In this document: piece after piece, positions 7,877 to 18,208 of the stretch | Layout of the letters: every line of letters begins with the position of its first letter | Position numbering within the stretch: position 1 is the stretch's first letter | From: Nitrososphaerota archaeon | GTDB lineage: Archaea; Thermoproteota; Nitrososphaeria; Nitrososphaerales; JACQRY01 | Direction of reading: 5' to 3' | Assembly (NCBI GenBank): GCA_016184315.1 | Contig: JACPCU010000020.1 | Coordinates: 21,025-85,024, forward strand | DNA: 64,000 bases | Notes under the pieces: generated by a model | Seen by the model: only the letters and a program-made list of their open reading frames with translations | Told to the model about the DNA's origin: nothing | The model's database searches: none | Made by a program: the position numbers and the translations under genes

Positions 7877-10800
7877 TTGTCCACTGAGGGCTATCGATCA
7901 GAAACCAAAAGTGAACTGTTAGGTGACCAAGGACTAAAGATCCAAAGACAGTTCACCAAACAGGGAGAAAACATCTACGACATGTTTGACTGGGAAAAAC
8001 GTCCTTCGGTCATAAGGAACCCTGATGGCAGCATAGTGTTTGAAATGCCTGACGTGGAGGTTCCTAGATTCTGGAATCAGACTGCCACTGACGTCCTTGC
8101 ACAGAAGTATTTACGTAAACGAGGCGTACCGCAGCTAGACAAAGACGGCAAACCTGTCCTTGACGCCAACGGTAACCCCGTCCTAGGATCAGAAACATCC
8201 CTCAAACAAATCGTGCATAGACTTGCCGGCTGCTGGACTCACTGGGGGAAGAAGTACGGCTACTTCGCCTCCGACGCCGATGCTCAAGCCTTCTACGATG
8301 AAATTGCCTACATGCTGACCAACCAGATGGCTGCCCCCAACTCTCCTCAATGGTTCAACACAGGTCTAAACTGGGCCTACGATATTACCGGACCAGCCCA
8401 AGGCCACTACTTTGTTGACCCAGACGCAAAGCAGCTCACCGCCTCCAAAGACGCTTACTCGCATCCCCAAGTGCACGCATGCTTCATCCAACCAATAAAA
8501 GACGACTTGGTGAACGAAGGAGGAATAATGGATCTATGGGTCAGAGAAGCCAGGATCTTCAAGTACGGCAGCGGTAGCGGCACCAACTTCTCCACCCTCC
8601 GAGCAAAAGGAGAAACCCTGTCAGGAGGAGGAATCTCCTCCGGAGTCATGACCTTCCTGAAGATCGGCGACCAAACCGGAGGCGCCATAAAGTCAGGAGG
8701 AACCACTAGAAGAGCAGCTAAGATGGTCATACTCAACATCGATCACCCGGAGATAGAAGACTTCATCACATGGAAGGTAAACGAAGAGAAAAAGTTCGCA
8801 GCACTGGTGCACGCAGGACTCGCTCCAAGCACCATGGAGGCTGCAGGTGACCACGTCTTCGGACAACACTCCAACAACTCTGTCAGAGTTACTGACGAGT
8901 TCATGAAAGCTGTTCTAACTGATGGCCAGTGGAACCTGACATGGAGAAGCGGCGGAGTCGCCAAGACCGTCAAAGCAGCTGACCTGTGGAATAAGATCGC
9001 GGAGTCCGCGTGGGCCTGCGCTGACCCTGGGCTTCAATACGACACCACGATAAACGACTGGCATACATGCCCATCGTCAGGCAGAATCAACGCGAGCAAC
9101 CCTTGCTCAGAATACATGTTCCTTGACAACACTGCGTGCAACCTTGCATCCATCAATCTAACCAAATTCTTTGACCCTGCAACCAAGATGTTCGACGTGC
9201 AGGCCTTCACCCACGCCGTCCGGCTTTGGACTATCGTCTTGGAGCTGTCAGTGCTGCTGGCCCAGTATCCCAGCAAAGAAATCGCTCAGAGAAGCTATGA
9301 AACCCGAACCCTAGGCTTAGGATTCACCAACCTAGGTTCAATGCTAATGATTGCAGGAATACCCTACGACTCAGACAGAGCCAGAGCCATATGCGGCGCA
9401 TTATCAGCCATAATGACCGGAGAAGCCTACGCGACGTCAGCAGAAATAGCCAGTTTCCTCGGCCCCTTCCCCGACTATCAGAAGAACCGTGAACACATGC
9501 TTGAAGCCATCAGGAATCACCGTCGCGCAGCCTACAACGCTAGGCCCGAGGAGTACGATGGTCTCCACACAATTCCCGTAGGCCTCGACCAGAAGAACTG
9601 CCCCCAGTACATTGTGATCTCAGCCATGGATGCTTGGGACAGGGCTCTAGCTCTAGGCGAAAAATACGGGTACAGGAACGCTCAGGCAACCCTGATCGCT
9701 CCTACCGGAACCATAAGCTTCGTCATGGGCGCTGACACTACCGGCATCGAGCCTGACTACGCCTTGGTCAAGGTGAAGAAGCTCTTCGGAGGCGGCTACT
9801 TCAAAATCATCAACAAATCCGTCATGGCTGCACTGAAGAACCTTGGCTACAGCGAGGAGCAGATCGATGACATCATCAAACACGTGATAGGGGCCAACTC
9901 TCTGAAAGATGCGCCTCACATAAACGACGTTACTCTGAAGGTGAAAGGCTTCAGCGAAGAAGACATCCGCAAAATGGAGGACGCCCTGCCCACAGTATTC
10001 GATGTTCAGCAGGCTTTCACAGTGCACGTCCTAGGCAAGGAGACCTTGGAGAGACTGGGCTTCACGTCACCCCAGTATAACTCGCCTTCCTTCAACCTGC
10101 TAAAGTCCATGGGTTTCCCAGAGACTGAAATAGAGAAGGCCAACGAATATGTCTGCGGCACCCAGACAGTTGAAGGAGCACCGCACCTCAAAAAGGAGCA
10201 CTACCCCGTCTTCGACTGCGCCAACAAGTGCGGCCCCAAAGGCAGAAGGTTCATCGACTACATGGCTCATGTCAGGATGATGGCTGCTGCCCAACCCTTC
10301 CTATCAGGATCCATCAGCAAGACCATCAACATGCCCAACGAGGCCACCGTCACAGACGTGCAGAGAGTCTACTTGGAGGGGTGGAGGCTGGGACTCAAGT
10401 CGCTGGCCGTCTACCGGGATGGAAGCAAGATGGTTCAACCTCTCACCACGGGAGTAGAAGAAAAGGAAGAATCAAAAGTCGTCTACAAGGCTGTGAGAAG
10501 ACGCCTCCCCGACGAGCGAACCTCGATAACACACAAATTCAAGATCGGGAACCAAGAGGGTTATCTCACAGTGGGCCTCTACGAAGACGGCAAGCCCGGC
10601 GAACTGTTCATCACCATGTCCAAGCAGGGCAGCACCCTGTCAGGGCTCATGGACGCCTTCGCCACATCCGTCTCAATAGCTCTGCAGTACGGAGTACCCC
10701 TAGAAGTCTTGGTGAACAAATTCATTCACACAAGGTTTGAGCCATCAGGCTGGACTAATAACCCCCAGATCAGATCAGCGAAGTCGATAACGGACTACAT

Positions 10801-11056
10801 CTTCAGGTGGATGGCCATGAAGTTCCTCCCGAAGGAATCTCTGGTTGAAGTCGGGCTCAACGCCAACGAATCCCATAACGGCAACGGGGAGGAGCTGGCT
10901 AAGCCCGAGGCAGCTGGATCGGAGAGGTCTTTGGATTCTAGGAGATTCGACGTCAGGTCTGATGCTCCTGCATGCAAGGACTGCGGCTCACTGATGATGC
11001 GGAGCGGAGCCTGCTACCTGTGCACCGTGTGCGGAAGCACCAGCGGATGCTCCTAA
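7877..11056 (+). CDS. nrdJ: Class II (B12-dependent) ribonucleotide reductase with TSCPD domain and Zn ribbon
   Basis: PNSPQWFN, HACFI, NASNPCSE, IAPTGTIS, SKTINMP, VYRDGSK, C-terminal C-rich tail. Confidence 0.97.
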   Translation: MSTEGYRSETKSELLGDQGLKIQRQFTKQGENIYDMFDWEKRPSVIRNPDGSIVFEMPDVEVPRFWNQTATDVLAQKYLRKRGVPQLDKDGKPVLDANGNPVLGSETSLKQIVHRLAGCWTHWGKKYGYFASDADAQAFYDEIAYMLTNQMAAPNSPQWFNTGLNWAYDITGPAQGHYFVDPDAKQLTASKDAYSHPQVHACFIQPIKDDLVNEGGIMDLWVREARIFKYGSGSGTNFSTLRAKGETLSGGGISSGVMTFLKIGDQTGGAIKSGGTTRRAAKMVILNIDHPEIEDFITWKVNEEKKFAALVHAGLAPSTMEAAGDHVFGQHSNNSVRVTDEFMKAVLTDGQWNLTWRSGGVAKTVKAADLWNKIAESAWACADPGLQYDTTINDWHTCPSSGRINASNPCSEYMFLDNTACNLASINLTKFFDPATKMFDVQAFTHAVRLWTIVLELSVLLAQYPSKEIAQRSYETRTLGLGFTNLGSMLMIAGIPYDSDRARAICGALSAIMTGEAYATSAEIASFLGPFPDYQKNREHMLEAIRNHRRAAYNARPEEYDGLHTIPVGLDQKNCPQYIVISAMDAWDRALALGEKYGYRNAQATLIAPTGTISFVMGADTTGIEPDYALVKVKKLFGGGYFKIINKSVMAALKNLGYSEEQIDDIIKHVIGANSLKDAPHINDVTLKVKGFSEEDIRKMEDALPTVFDVQQAFTVHVLGKETLERLGFTSPQYNSPSFNLLKSMGFPETEIEKANEYVCGTQTVEGAPHLKKEHYPVFDCANKCGPKGRRFIDYMAHVRMMAAAQPFLSGSISKTINMPNEATVTDVQRVYLEGWRLGLKSLAVYRDGSKMVQPLTTGVEEKEESKVVYKAVRRRLPDERTSITHKFKIGNQEGYLTVGLYEDGKPGELFITMSKQGSTLSGLMDAFATSVSIALQYGVPLEVLVNKFIHTRFEPSGWTNNPQIRSAKSITDYIFRWMAMKFLPKESLVEVGLNANESHNGNGEELAKPEAAGSERSLDSRRFDVRSDAPACKDCGSLMMRSGACYLCTVCGSTSGCS

Positions 11057-11072
11057 GACAACCATTTAACCA

Positions 11073-12014
11073 CTAGGATCGGAAGTCAATATCTTCGTTG
11101 AGGATCAGGGCTATCAACGCAGCTCTCAGAGTCTTCCCGTAGTGGGCTTGCTGGAAGTATCTTGCCTGTGGAGCCGAGTCTACTTCAGCCTTGATTTCCC
11201 CTGCTCTTGGCAAGGGGTGCATGACGATCAGACTGTCCTTAGCTTTGTCGAGGGTTGACCGGTCAACCACGTAGATTCCCCTGACCTTCTCGTATTCCTG
11301 GGGGTCGGGGAAGCGTTCCCTCTGAATCCGGGTCATATACAGTACATCTGCGGCGCTGATAACCTCCTCCATGGAGCGGTGCTGGCTGATCTTCATCCTG
11401 TTCTCCAAGTCGTAGAGGGCCTCCTCTCTGATCCTTAGTTGCGGAGGTGAAACTAGGAAGACCTGGGGCTCAAACCTAGCCAATGCGTACAGGAGGGAGT
11501 AGACTGTGCGTCCGTACTTCAGGTCTCCTACTATCGCTATGTTGAGGCCGTCTATCTTGCCCTTCTCCTTCATGACGGTGTAGAGGTCTAGCATGGCTTG
11601 GGTGGGATGCTCCTCGGTTCCGCTTCCAGCGTTGATCACGGGCTTGGAGGCTACTTCGGCTGCGAAGCGGGCTGCGCCATCGCTGGGGTGTCGTAGGATG
11701 ATTATGTCTGAGTATCCTTCAAGTATCTTCACTGTGTCGGCTAGGCTTTCGCCTTTCTCGACGGAGACTGAGTGGGGATCCGCGAAGCCTATGGATGATC
11801 CTCCTATGGAGAGCATCGCAGCCTCGAAGCTGAAGATGGTTCGGGTGCTGGGCTCGTAGAAGAGCATAGAGAGGACTCTGCCTTCACCGATCTTCTGTTT
11901 TTTGGAAAGGGGTAGGCTGCTGATACGGTCTGTGGCTTCGAAGAGGCCTTCGAAGTCGTATCTGTCGAGGTCCTTTATGGATACTATGTCTCTGTTGTAG
12001 AAACGGTTTTTCAA
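11073..12014 (-). CDS. pyrB: Aspartate carbamoyltransferase catalytic subunit (TTG start at 12014 inferred)
   Basis: FYEPSTRT, HPTQAMLD, RIQRERF, MHPLPR. Confidence 0.97.
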   Translation of the reverse strand: MKNRFYNRDIVSIKDLDRYDFEGLFEATDRISSLPLSKKQKIGEGRVLSMLFYEPSTRTIFSFEAAMLSIGGSSIGFADPHSVSVEKGESLADTVKILEGYSDIIILRHPSDGAARFAAEVASKPVINAGSGTEEHPTQAMLDLYTVMKEKGKIDGLNIAIVGDLKYGRTVYSLLYALARFEPQVFLVSPPQLRIREEALYDLENRMKISQHRSMEEVISAADVLYMTRIQRERFPDPQEYEKVRGIYVVDRSTLDKAKDSLIVMHPLPRAGEIKAEVDSAPQARYFQQAHYGKTLRAALIALILNEDIDFRS

Positions 12015-12125
12015 GAGTCTGCATGACTGTGCCGCGGGTCGGCTTAAAAGCTTGGCGACTAGGAGCTCAAACAACGTATGCTGGCCGGATCGGCGAAGGC
12101 TTATAGCGCCATATTATTTGATCAT

Positions 12126-12596
12126 ATGTCGATGTCGCAAGAGGAGCTTCTCGTCAGAAGAATCAAAGAGGGCACCGTCCTAGACCACGTTGAGGCAGGC
12201 AGAGCCCTTAGAGTCTTGACTGCTTTGGGCATCAAAGGAGAGGACGGCAACATAGTAACAGTAGCTATGAATGTTTTGAGCAGTAAGATGGGCAAGAAGG
12301 ATATTGTTAAGATCGCTGACAGGTTTCTGAGCCAAGAAGAGTCAGATCGGATTGCTCTGATCGCTCCTAGGGCTACTGTCAACCTAATACGGGACTACCG
12401 GGTCGTCGAGAAGCGCGTCGTCCACCTGCCAAAAACGTTCGTCAACATTTTCCGCTGCCCTAATCCCACCTGTATCTCTAATTCACCTGAACCTATTGTT
12501 CCTGAGCTCCAAGTTCTAAGGGCGGATCCGCCTACGTTAAAATGCAAGTACTGCGCAAGGCTGCTGTACCCCGTCGATGTCCTCTCAAACCAGTGA
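12126..12596 (+). CDS. pyrI: Aspartate carbamoyltransferase regulatory subunit
   Basis: GTVLDH, KMGKKDIVK, CPNPTCISN, CKYC. Confidence 0.95.
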   Translation: MSMSQEELLVRRIKEGTVLDHVEAGRALRVLTALGIKGEDGNIVTVAMNVLSSKMGKKDIVKIADRFLSQEESDRIALIAPRATVNLIRDYRVVEKRVVHLPKTFVNIFRCPNPTCISNSPEPIVPELQVLRADPPTLKCKYCARLLYPVDVLSNQ

Positions 12597-12852
12597 AACG
12601 CCGCCTGAGGATAAGCGAAGAAACATCAAGAAAAGGGTCAACCTTCTCATAGCTGGTCTACCGTTCCTAATAGCTTCCCTTACTCTAGGCGGCACTCTTG
12701 CAGGACTCTATTTGCAGAACATCTTGAAGCGGGCGGACTTTATCATACCGATAGTAACTTCACTACTAGGATTAGGCGTCTCCATATACCTGTCCTGCAT
12801 AGTGGCGAATAGAGTAACCTCTAAACCAGTAAAAGAATCAAGAAAACGGTAA
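12577..12852 (+). CDS. Small 2-TM membrane protein, AtpZ/ATPase-gene-1-like
   Basis: Two hydrophobic helices with GGTLAGLYL and SLLGLGVSIY patterns; adjacent to atpK. Confidence 0.5.
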   Translation: MSSQTSETPPEDKRRNIKKRVNLLIAGLPFLIASLTLGGTLAGLYLQNILKRADFIIPIVTSLLGLGVSIYLSCIVANRVTSKPVKESRKR

Positions 12853-12881
12853 GAAAATAGAAAGGGGGGAGGCGCCCACTT

Positions 12882-13214
12882 TTACGCGGCGCTACCCAAG
12901 ATCAGGATTGCGATGACAATACCGTAGATCGCGAGTGCTTCACCGAGGGCGGTGATGATGATCGCAGTAGTCCTGATTTCAGGGCGTTCTGCTGTTCCTG
13001 CTAGGCCCGCAGAACCTGCTCTTCCAATGGCTAATCCTGCTGCAATCGCAGATAGACCGAAGGCTATGGCTGCGCCGATGAACTTGTTGGATGCTGGATC
13101 TGCTGGAAAGAACCCAGCATAAGACTGGGGTGTTTGCGCCAGAGCTGGGAGAAACGGCAGAGATGATACGAGCAACGATAGTCCGTAGAGAATGTACCTT
13201 ACAAGAGTTCTCAT
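12882..13214 (-). CDS. atpK: A-type ATP synthase subunit K (c, proteolipid) with N-terminal signal-like extension
   Basis: AIGRAGSAGLAGTAERPE...LGEALAIYG; lacks Q..E-S/T Na+ motif, so probably H+. Confidence 0.95.
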   Translation of the reverse strand: MRTLVRYILYGLSLLVSSLPFLPALAQTPQSYAGFFPADPASNKFIGAAIAFGLSAIAAGLAIGRAGSAGLAGTAERPEIRTTAIIITALGEALAIYGIVIAILILGSAA

Positions 13215-13240
13215 GAGGCATCCTCAAAGTTTAAGGATAT

Positions 13241-13304
13241 TTGAGTTTTTCGGAGTGTGGAACCAAGTTTCCGATCTTACGAAAGGCTCCGCACTTCCTC
13301 AGAC
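13241..13304. repeat. 64-bp direct repeat copy 1 (att-like)
   Basis: 60/64 identical to 14192-14255. Confidence 0.95.
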
Positions 13305-13579
13305 CTAGTCTTACGCGGAAACTACAGCTGCTGATGTCTTGACATAGAGCCATGATACTATTGCGTCATAGCATGAACACCAGTGATTCGATCCCAGTTG
13401 AACAAACCCTTTAGACCATCAACAACACACATGGGGGACAAAGAAGATTAGGCATTTTCCGAAAAAGGGGGACGAGGCTCAGTTCAGCTACCACCGGGAG
13501 ACAAGTTGCAGCCCTAAAAGGGGCCATGGCATGGATTCAGTTCTCCAAAGGAACAAACGCTTGCTAGCTGCCAGCAACG

Positions 13580-13909
13580 TTAGACTCTGAATAGTTCTCT
13601 TGTCCGACGATTGACCTCCCCTTTAAGGATCGGTCCGAGTTCACCGATCTCCCCTAGAATGAGGCTCTTCAGCACAGTTGCAACCTTGTCCAGCTTTACT
13701 ACAGAAGGCACCTTAAGTCCAGTCAGCCCGTACTCAGGGTGACTCTGTTCTATGATAACATCATGACGGGCAGGTTTCTCGGGCATCTTGGAAGAAATGA
13801 ACGCAACGATAACATCTGCTCTTCCCTCGTATATCACAAGGGCAGGCCGAAGCTTCGTTGAAGTCAGATCTGTGAAGGGAAACGGTATGAGAACAAGTTT
13901 TCCCTTCAT
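13580..13909 (-). CDS. PemK/MazF-family toxin
   Basis: G.LVLIPFPFTDL..TKLRPALV...VAFISS...GL.VPS.V..DK. Confidence 0.9.
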   Translation of the reverse strand: MKGKLVLIPFPFTDLTSTKLRPALVIYEGRADVIVAFISSKMPEKPARHDVIIEQSHPEYGLTGLKVPSVVKLDKVATVLKSLILGEIGELGPILKGEVNRRTRELFRV

Positions 13910-14097
13910 CGGTACTTAACCTTCAAATCCTTCTCCGAATACAAGACAGGCTCGTCCGTGAAGAACCTCTTGAGGGAGGGTTCACTAGCTTTCATTGTCA
14001 GGAATGGCTCCAGCTCATCCACCATCAGATCAACCTTCTTCTTTAGGTCGTTAAGCTCTCGCTTCATCTTCTTTATCTCCACCTCTACTGTGCCCAT
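13906..14097 (-). CDS. Putative antitoxin
   Basis: 63 aa; ATGA-type overlap with MazF; C-terminal SE.SL..F..DEP.LYS..DLK. Confidence 0.75.
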   Translation of the reverse strand: MGTVEVEIKKMKRELNDLKKKVDLMVDELEPFLTMKASEPSLKRFFTDEPVLYSEKDLKVKYR

Positions 14098-14191
14098 CTC
14101 TACAGATGAGGTAGTCTTTCGTTAATATAAGTTATCTTCTTGAGACCAACGGGTTGCGATGCTGACAACGATCCAAAAGACATTACGCAAG

Positions 14192-14255
14192 TTGAGTTTT
14201 TCGGAGTGCGGAACCAAGTTTCCGATCTTACGAAAAGCTTCGCACTGCCTCAGAC
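14192..14255. repeat. 64-bp direct repeat copy 2 (contains 3' end of small ATPase subunit gene)
   Basis: 60/64 identical to 13241-13304. Confidence 0.95.
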
Positions 14256-14368
14256 TTACCTTTTTCCAGCCGTTCGCTTACCATCTTCTCGTACTCCGCG
14301 TACTTGGCCTTAAGACTGCTCTTGGCCTGCTCAAACTTCTTGTTTACAACATCTTCAGCTTTGCTCAT
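14228..14368 (-). CDS. Small (46 aa) coiled-coil A-ATPase subunit, similar in size and position to the Sulfolobus epsilon subunit
   Basis: MSKAEDVVNKKFEQAKSSLKAKYAEYEKMVSERLEKGKSEAVRSFS; ATGA overlap with atpD; missing from ORF track. Confidence 0.7.
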   Translation of the reverse strand: MSKAEDVVNKKFEQAKSSLKAKYAEYEKMVSERLEKGKSEAVRSFS

Positions 14369-15009
14369 CTAACACCACTCTTGCTTTCCAACACAGCTTT
14401 GACATGTTTAAGCCTAGCGAAATCCTCTCTCTCCCTCTCCTCAAGGGTTGCTCGGATATACTTAGCTGAATCCTCGTAGGTCGGAATAACAACATACTCC
14501 AAGGCGTTGATAAGCCTCTGAGTCTTCTCCAATTCCTTAGCCAAACTGAAGATGGCGTTCTCCACCTCAGCAGCCTTACATATGCTCGGCAGCACCCTCC
14601 TCATCATCCTAGTAGCATCGTCGAGAGTCGCATTGGTGCCTCCGAACCCGTAGGTTAACCCCATCTCTTTCGTCTTAACTGTCAAAGTAGGCACCTTCAC
14701 ATCAATCATGTTCTTAACATCCACTGCCACATCAACCTGGCTGGGAGTCGTGAAAGCCACTGATTCAAGAGTCATGGGCCCAAGAGTCAAGTAGGCATCA
14801 AGAAGAGACCTGTAAGCATCGGAGAGCGGTTGCCACATGGAGTCCCTAGACTCAGAGGCCTCCTGAATCAGTTCTTCTAGCCGCTTAAGCAGCACTTGAC
14901 GCTTGTCCTCAAGTATTTTGTGGACCATCACTGCTACTTGGAGGCTACGCTTGATCCGGATCAGCTCTATCTTTGTGGGTAGGGGTCTCTTGCTTGACGC
15001 TACTGACAC
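14365..15009 (-). CDS. atpD: A-type ATP synthase subunit D
   Basis: PTKIEL...LEDKR...KTQRLINALEYVVIP...LEEREREDFARLK. Confidence 0.97.
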   Translation of the reverse strand: MSVASSKRPLPTKIELIRIKRSLQVAVMVHKILEDKRQVLLKRLEELIQEASESRDSMWQPLSDAYRSLLDAYLTLGPMTLESVAFTTPSQVDVAVDVKNMIDVKVPTLTVKTKEMGLTYGFGGTNATLDDATRMMRRVLPSICKAAEVENAIFSLAKELEKTQRLINALEYVVIPTYEDSAKYIRATLEEREREDFARLKHVKAVLESKSGVR

Positions 15010-15011
15010 GG

Positions 15012-16427
15012 CTACGATGACCCTCCGCTGCCCCCTGAACTAGGCTTACTGTACTTGTGGATGTATTCTTCCCTGATTTTGGTCAACTCGTTTTCAGGCA
15101 GAACTGAAAGGATGTCCCACGCAATGCTCAAAGTGTCCTCGAGGGTGCGGTTCTCCTCATAACCTTGGTTCAGGAATTGCCGCTCAAACCTTTCGCCGAA
15201 GTCAAGGTATTTCAGGTCTGTTCCTGTCAAACCGCTTTTGCCCACAATTTCTGCAAGTGCTCTAAGCTCCTGAGACCTAGCGAAACCGGCGTAAAGCTGG
15301 TTGCTGACCTCCATGTGGTCGTCCCTCGTCTTGCCTTTGCCGACTCCGTCCTTCATCAGCCTGCTCAGGCTGGAAAGCACGTTTACTGGCGGATAGACCT
15401 CTTTTCGGAACAGGTCCCGTCCAAGAACGATCTGCCCCTCGGTGATGTAACCTGTCAAGTCGGGGATGGGGTGAGTGATGTCGTCGCTGGGCATGGATAG
15501 AATGGGCATCTGGGTGATGCTTCCCTTCTCTCCTTTGATCCTGCCTGCTCTCTCGTAGATGCTAGCAAGATCTGTATAGAGGTATCCTGGGTAACCTTTT
15601 CTTCCAGGCACCTCTTCGCGAGCAGCGCTGATCTCTCTGAGGGCCTCCGCGTAGTTGGTCAGATCAGTGATTATGACGAGAACATGCATGCCCAGCTCGA
15701 AGGCCAAGTATTCTGCCGCTGTGAGAGCAACCCTAGGAGTGGTGATTCTCTCGATGGCAGGGTCGTCTGCAAGGTTGAGGAAGAGGGCGCTTCTCTTTAT
15801 GGCACCGGTCTCTTCAAGGGCTCTGCGGAAGAACCTAGACTCCGTGTGCTGGACACCCACCGCGGCGAAGACCACGGCGAACTCCGCCTGCTCTCCTAGC
15901 ACAGTTGCCTGTCTCGCAACTTGGGCTGCCAGCAGGTTATGTGGCATGCCTGCACCTGAGAAGATGGGTAGCTTCTGGCCTCTGACCAGAGTGTTCATTC
16001 CGTCGATGACGGATACTCCAGTCTGAATGAAGTCAGTAGGATAGTCCCTTCTCTCCGGGTTAATTGGAAGACCGTTAACGTCACGGAAGTCCTCGCCCAC
16101 AGGCTCAGGGAGATTGTCCAGGGGCCTGCCTAGGCCGTCGAAGACCCTTCCGAGCAGCTCAGAGGAGACAGCTATCTCCATGGGTTTACCTAGGAACCTT
16201 GCCTTGGTTCCTATTGTGGAGAGCCCTGTGGTTCCCTCGAAGACCTGTACTACTGCTCTTCCTCCACCTATTTCGAGGACTTTGCCAAGTCTCTGCTCTC
16301 CCCCGGGGGACTCTATCTCTACTAGCTCGTCGTATGCTGCTTGGGTCACCCCATCTAAGATCAGCAGGGGGCCTTTAATCTCAGCGACCTTCGTGTACTC
16401 TATTCCGCCGACCTGTTTAGCTGGCAA
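15012..16427 (-). CDS. atpB: A-type ATP synthase subunit B
   Basis: [41 protein letters not shown]. Confidence 0.98.
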   Translation of the reverse strand: MPAKQVGGIEYTKVAEIKGPLLILDGVTQAAYDELVEIESPGGEQRLGKVLEIGGGRAVVQVFEGTTGLSTIGTKARFLGKPMEIAVSSELLGRVFDGLGRPLDNLPEPVGEDFRDVNGLPINPERRDYPTDFIQTGVSVIDGMNTLVRGQKLPIFSGAGMPHNLLAAQVARQATVLGEQAEFAVVFAAVGVQHTESRFFRRALEETGAIKRSALFLNLADDPAIERITTPRVALTAAEYLAFELGMHVLVIITDLTNYAEALREISAAREEVPGRKGYPGYLYTDLASIYERAGRIKGEKGSITQMPILSMPSDDITHPIPDLTGYITEGQIVLGRDLFRKEVYPPVNVLSSLSRLMKDGVGKGKTRDDHMEVSNQLYAGFARSQELRALAEIVGKSGLTGTDLKYLDFGERFERQFLNQGYEENRTLEDTLSIAWDILSVLPENELTKIREEYIHKYSKPSSGGSGGSS

Positions 16428-18204
16428 CCACTTTCACCTCTTGTGCAGACATCTTCCTAAACCCTTCAACCATATCTTTGCCCAGTTCTTCAAGAAGCTC
16501 TAGCTTCTCGTTAGGCACCGCGAACTTGCTTCTAATCAGCTTCGCGATTATGGGCATCGCCCTGATTTGGGACAATGCGACGCCGCTCTTCAGAGCGTTC
16601 ATCGCCTCGCGATGGAAGTCTGCGTAGAGTGACAGGAGTTTGTACTGCTTCTGGGGACTGCAGTAACTGTCAACCTCGTCGTAGGCGCTCTGCTGAAGGA
16701 AGCCTTCTTTGATCATTCTTGCAACATCAAGGATCAGCTTCTCCTCATCAGGAAGAGCCTCGGGTCCGAGGAGCCTGACGATCTCCTTCAACACGTCTTC
16801 TCGCTGAAGGATGGTGTAGACGTAGCCTCTTTCGCGGTCCCAGTTCTTGCCCACTGTGTCGCCCCACCATTTCTTCACGCTGTCAGCGTAGCCTGAGTAG
16901 CTTGTGATCCAGTTGATAGCCGGATAATGCCTAGAATAAGCGAGCCTTGTTTCTAGACCCCAGAAGGTCTTGATGAATCGTGAGGTATGAGTTGTGACGG
17001 GCTCGGTGAAGTCTGCGCCTGACGGTGAAACCGCTCCGATGAGGGTTACGGAGCCTATGCGCTCCGGCGTGCCTAGTGTTCTGACTCTTCCTGCCCGTTC
17101 ATAAAACTCGGCGAGACGTGAAGCTAAGTAAGATGGGTATCCTTCCTCCGCTGGCATCTCTTCTAATCGTCCACTGATCTCTCTGAGAGCCTCAGCCCAT
17201 CTGCTCGTCGAATCAGCTACGAGCACAACGTCATAACCCATGTCTCTGTAATATTCAGCCATGGTTACCCCGGTGTAAATGCTGGCTTCCCTTGCTGCTA
17301 CAGGCATGTTGCTTGTGTTAGCCACGAGGATGGTTCGGTCCATCAGGGGTAGTCCGGAAGCAGGGTCTTTCAACTCGGGGAACTTGATTAGCACTTCGGT
17401 CATTTCGTTGCCGCGTTCACCGCAGCCCACGTGCAATACGACTTTCGCATCAGCCCAAGCCGCGATTTGGTGGAGGGTAACTGTCTTTCCGGTGCCGAAG
17501 CCTCCTGGAATAGCTGCTGTTCCTCCCTTAACAATGGGGAACAGAGTATCTATAACCCTCTGTCCTGTGACTAGAGGAAGCTCAGGGTCAAACCGCTCAG
17601 CGTAAGGACGAGCCTTCCTGACGGGCCAGCGGTGATACATCTTTAGGTCCTGTTTCTTGCTGTCCTTCTTGACTGTGGCAATCACTTCTTCAACGGTGTA
17701 GTCTCCCTCATCCCTGATCTCTACAACTTCTCCTCCAGGTGAATCTGGAGGCACCATAATCCTATGCTCGATCAGGGGTGTCTCGTTCACGGTTCCAAGA
17801 ATGCTGCCTGCCTGAACAACATCCTTCTTTTTGACTGTGGGTTTGAAGTGCCACTTAGCGTCATAGGAGATAGAGGGCATTGAGATGCCTCTGGTGATGA
17901 AGGCTCCTGACTTCTTCGCAATCTCGTCTAGGGGCCTCTGCATCCCGTCGTAGATCTTGCCGATCATGCCGGGTCCTAGGGACACAGATAATGGTAGACC
18001 AGTACCATAGACGGGTTCACCAGGCTTCAATCCGCTGGTGGACTCGTAGACTTGGACGAACGCCACGTCGCCAGTCAGACGGATAATTTCGCCCACAAGG
18101 CGCTCCTCGCCTACCTCAACAGTCTCATACATCTTGGCCTCCCCCATACCCGAAGCCTTGACGGCAGGGCCACTGATCCAAACTATCTTGCCTTTAGCTG
18201 GCAT
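16417..18204 (-). CDS. atpA: A-type ATP synthase subunit A
   Basis: [34 protein letters not shown]; no intein. Confidence 0.98.
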   Translation of the reverse strand: MPAKGKIVWISGPAVKASGMGEAKMYETVEVGEERLVGEIIRLTGDVAFVQVYESTSGLKPGEPVYGTGLPLSVSLGPGMIGKIYDGMQRPLDEIAKKSGAFITRGISMPSISYDAKWHFKPTVKKKDVVQAGSILGTVNETPLIEHRIMVPPDSPGGEVVEIRDEGDYTVEEVIATVKKDSKKQDLKMYHRWPVRKARPYAERFDPELPLVTGQRVIDTLFPIVKGGTAAIPGGFGTGKTVTLHQIAAWADAKVVLHVGCGERGNEMTEVLIKFPELKDPASGLPLMDRTILVANTSNMPVAAREASIYTGVTMAEYYRDMGYDVVLVADSTSRWAEALREISGRLEEMPAEEGYPSYLASRLAEFYERAGRVRTLGTPERIGSVTLIGAVSPSGADFTEPVTTHTSRFIKTFWGLETRLAYSRHYPAINWITSYSGYADSVKKWWGDTVGKNWDRERGYVYTILQREDVLKEIVRLLGPEALPDEEKLILDVARMIKEGFLQQSAYDEVDSYCSPQKQYKLLSLYADFHREAMNALKSGVALSQIRAMPIIAKLIRSKFAVPNEKLELLEELGKDMVEGFRKMSAQEVKVVAS

Positions 18205-18208
18205 AAAC

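Larger units (their letters stand above)
13305..14191. mobile_element. ~0.9-kb TA cassette inserted between direct repeats
   Basis: Flanked by 64-bp repeats; interrupts the ATP synthase cluster. Confidence 0.75.

Noticed and set aside
12882..13214. Signal-peptide-like extension on the c subunit
   Set aside because: Already known for TACK proteolipids
7877..18204. Inteins in nrdJ or atpA
   Set aside because: Lengths and motif spacing are normal; no intein or LAGLIDADG motifs
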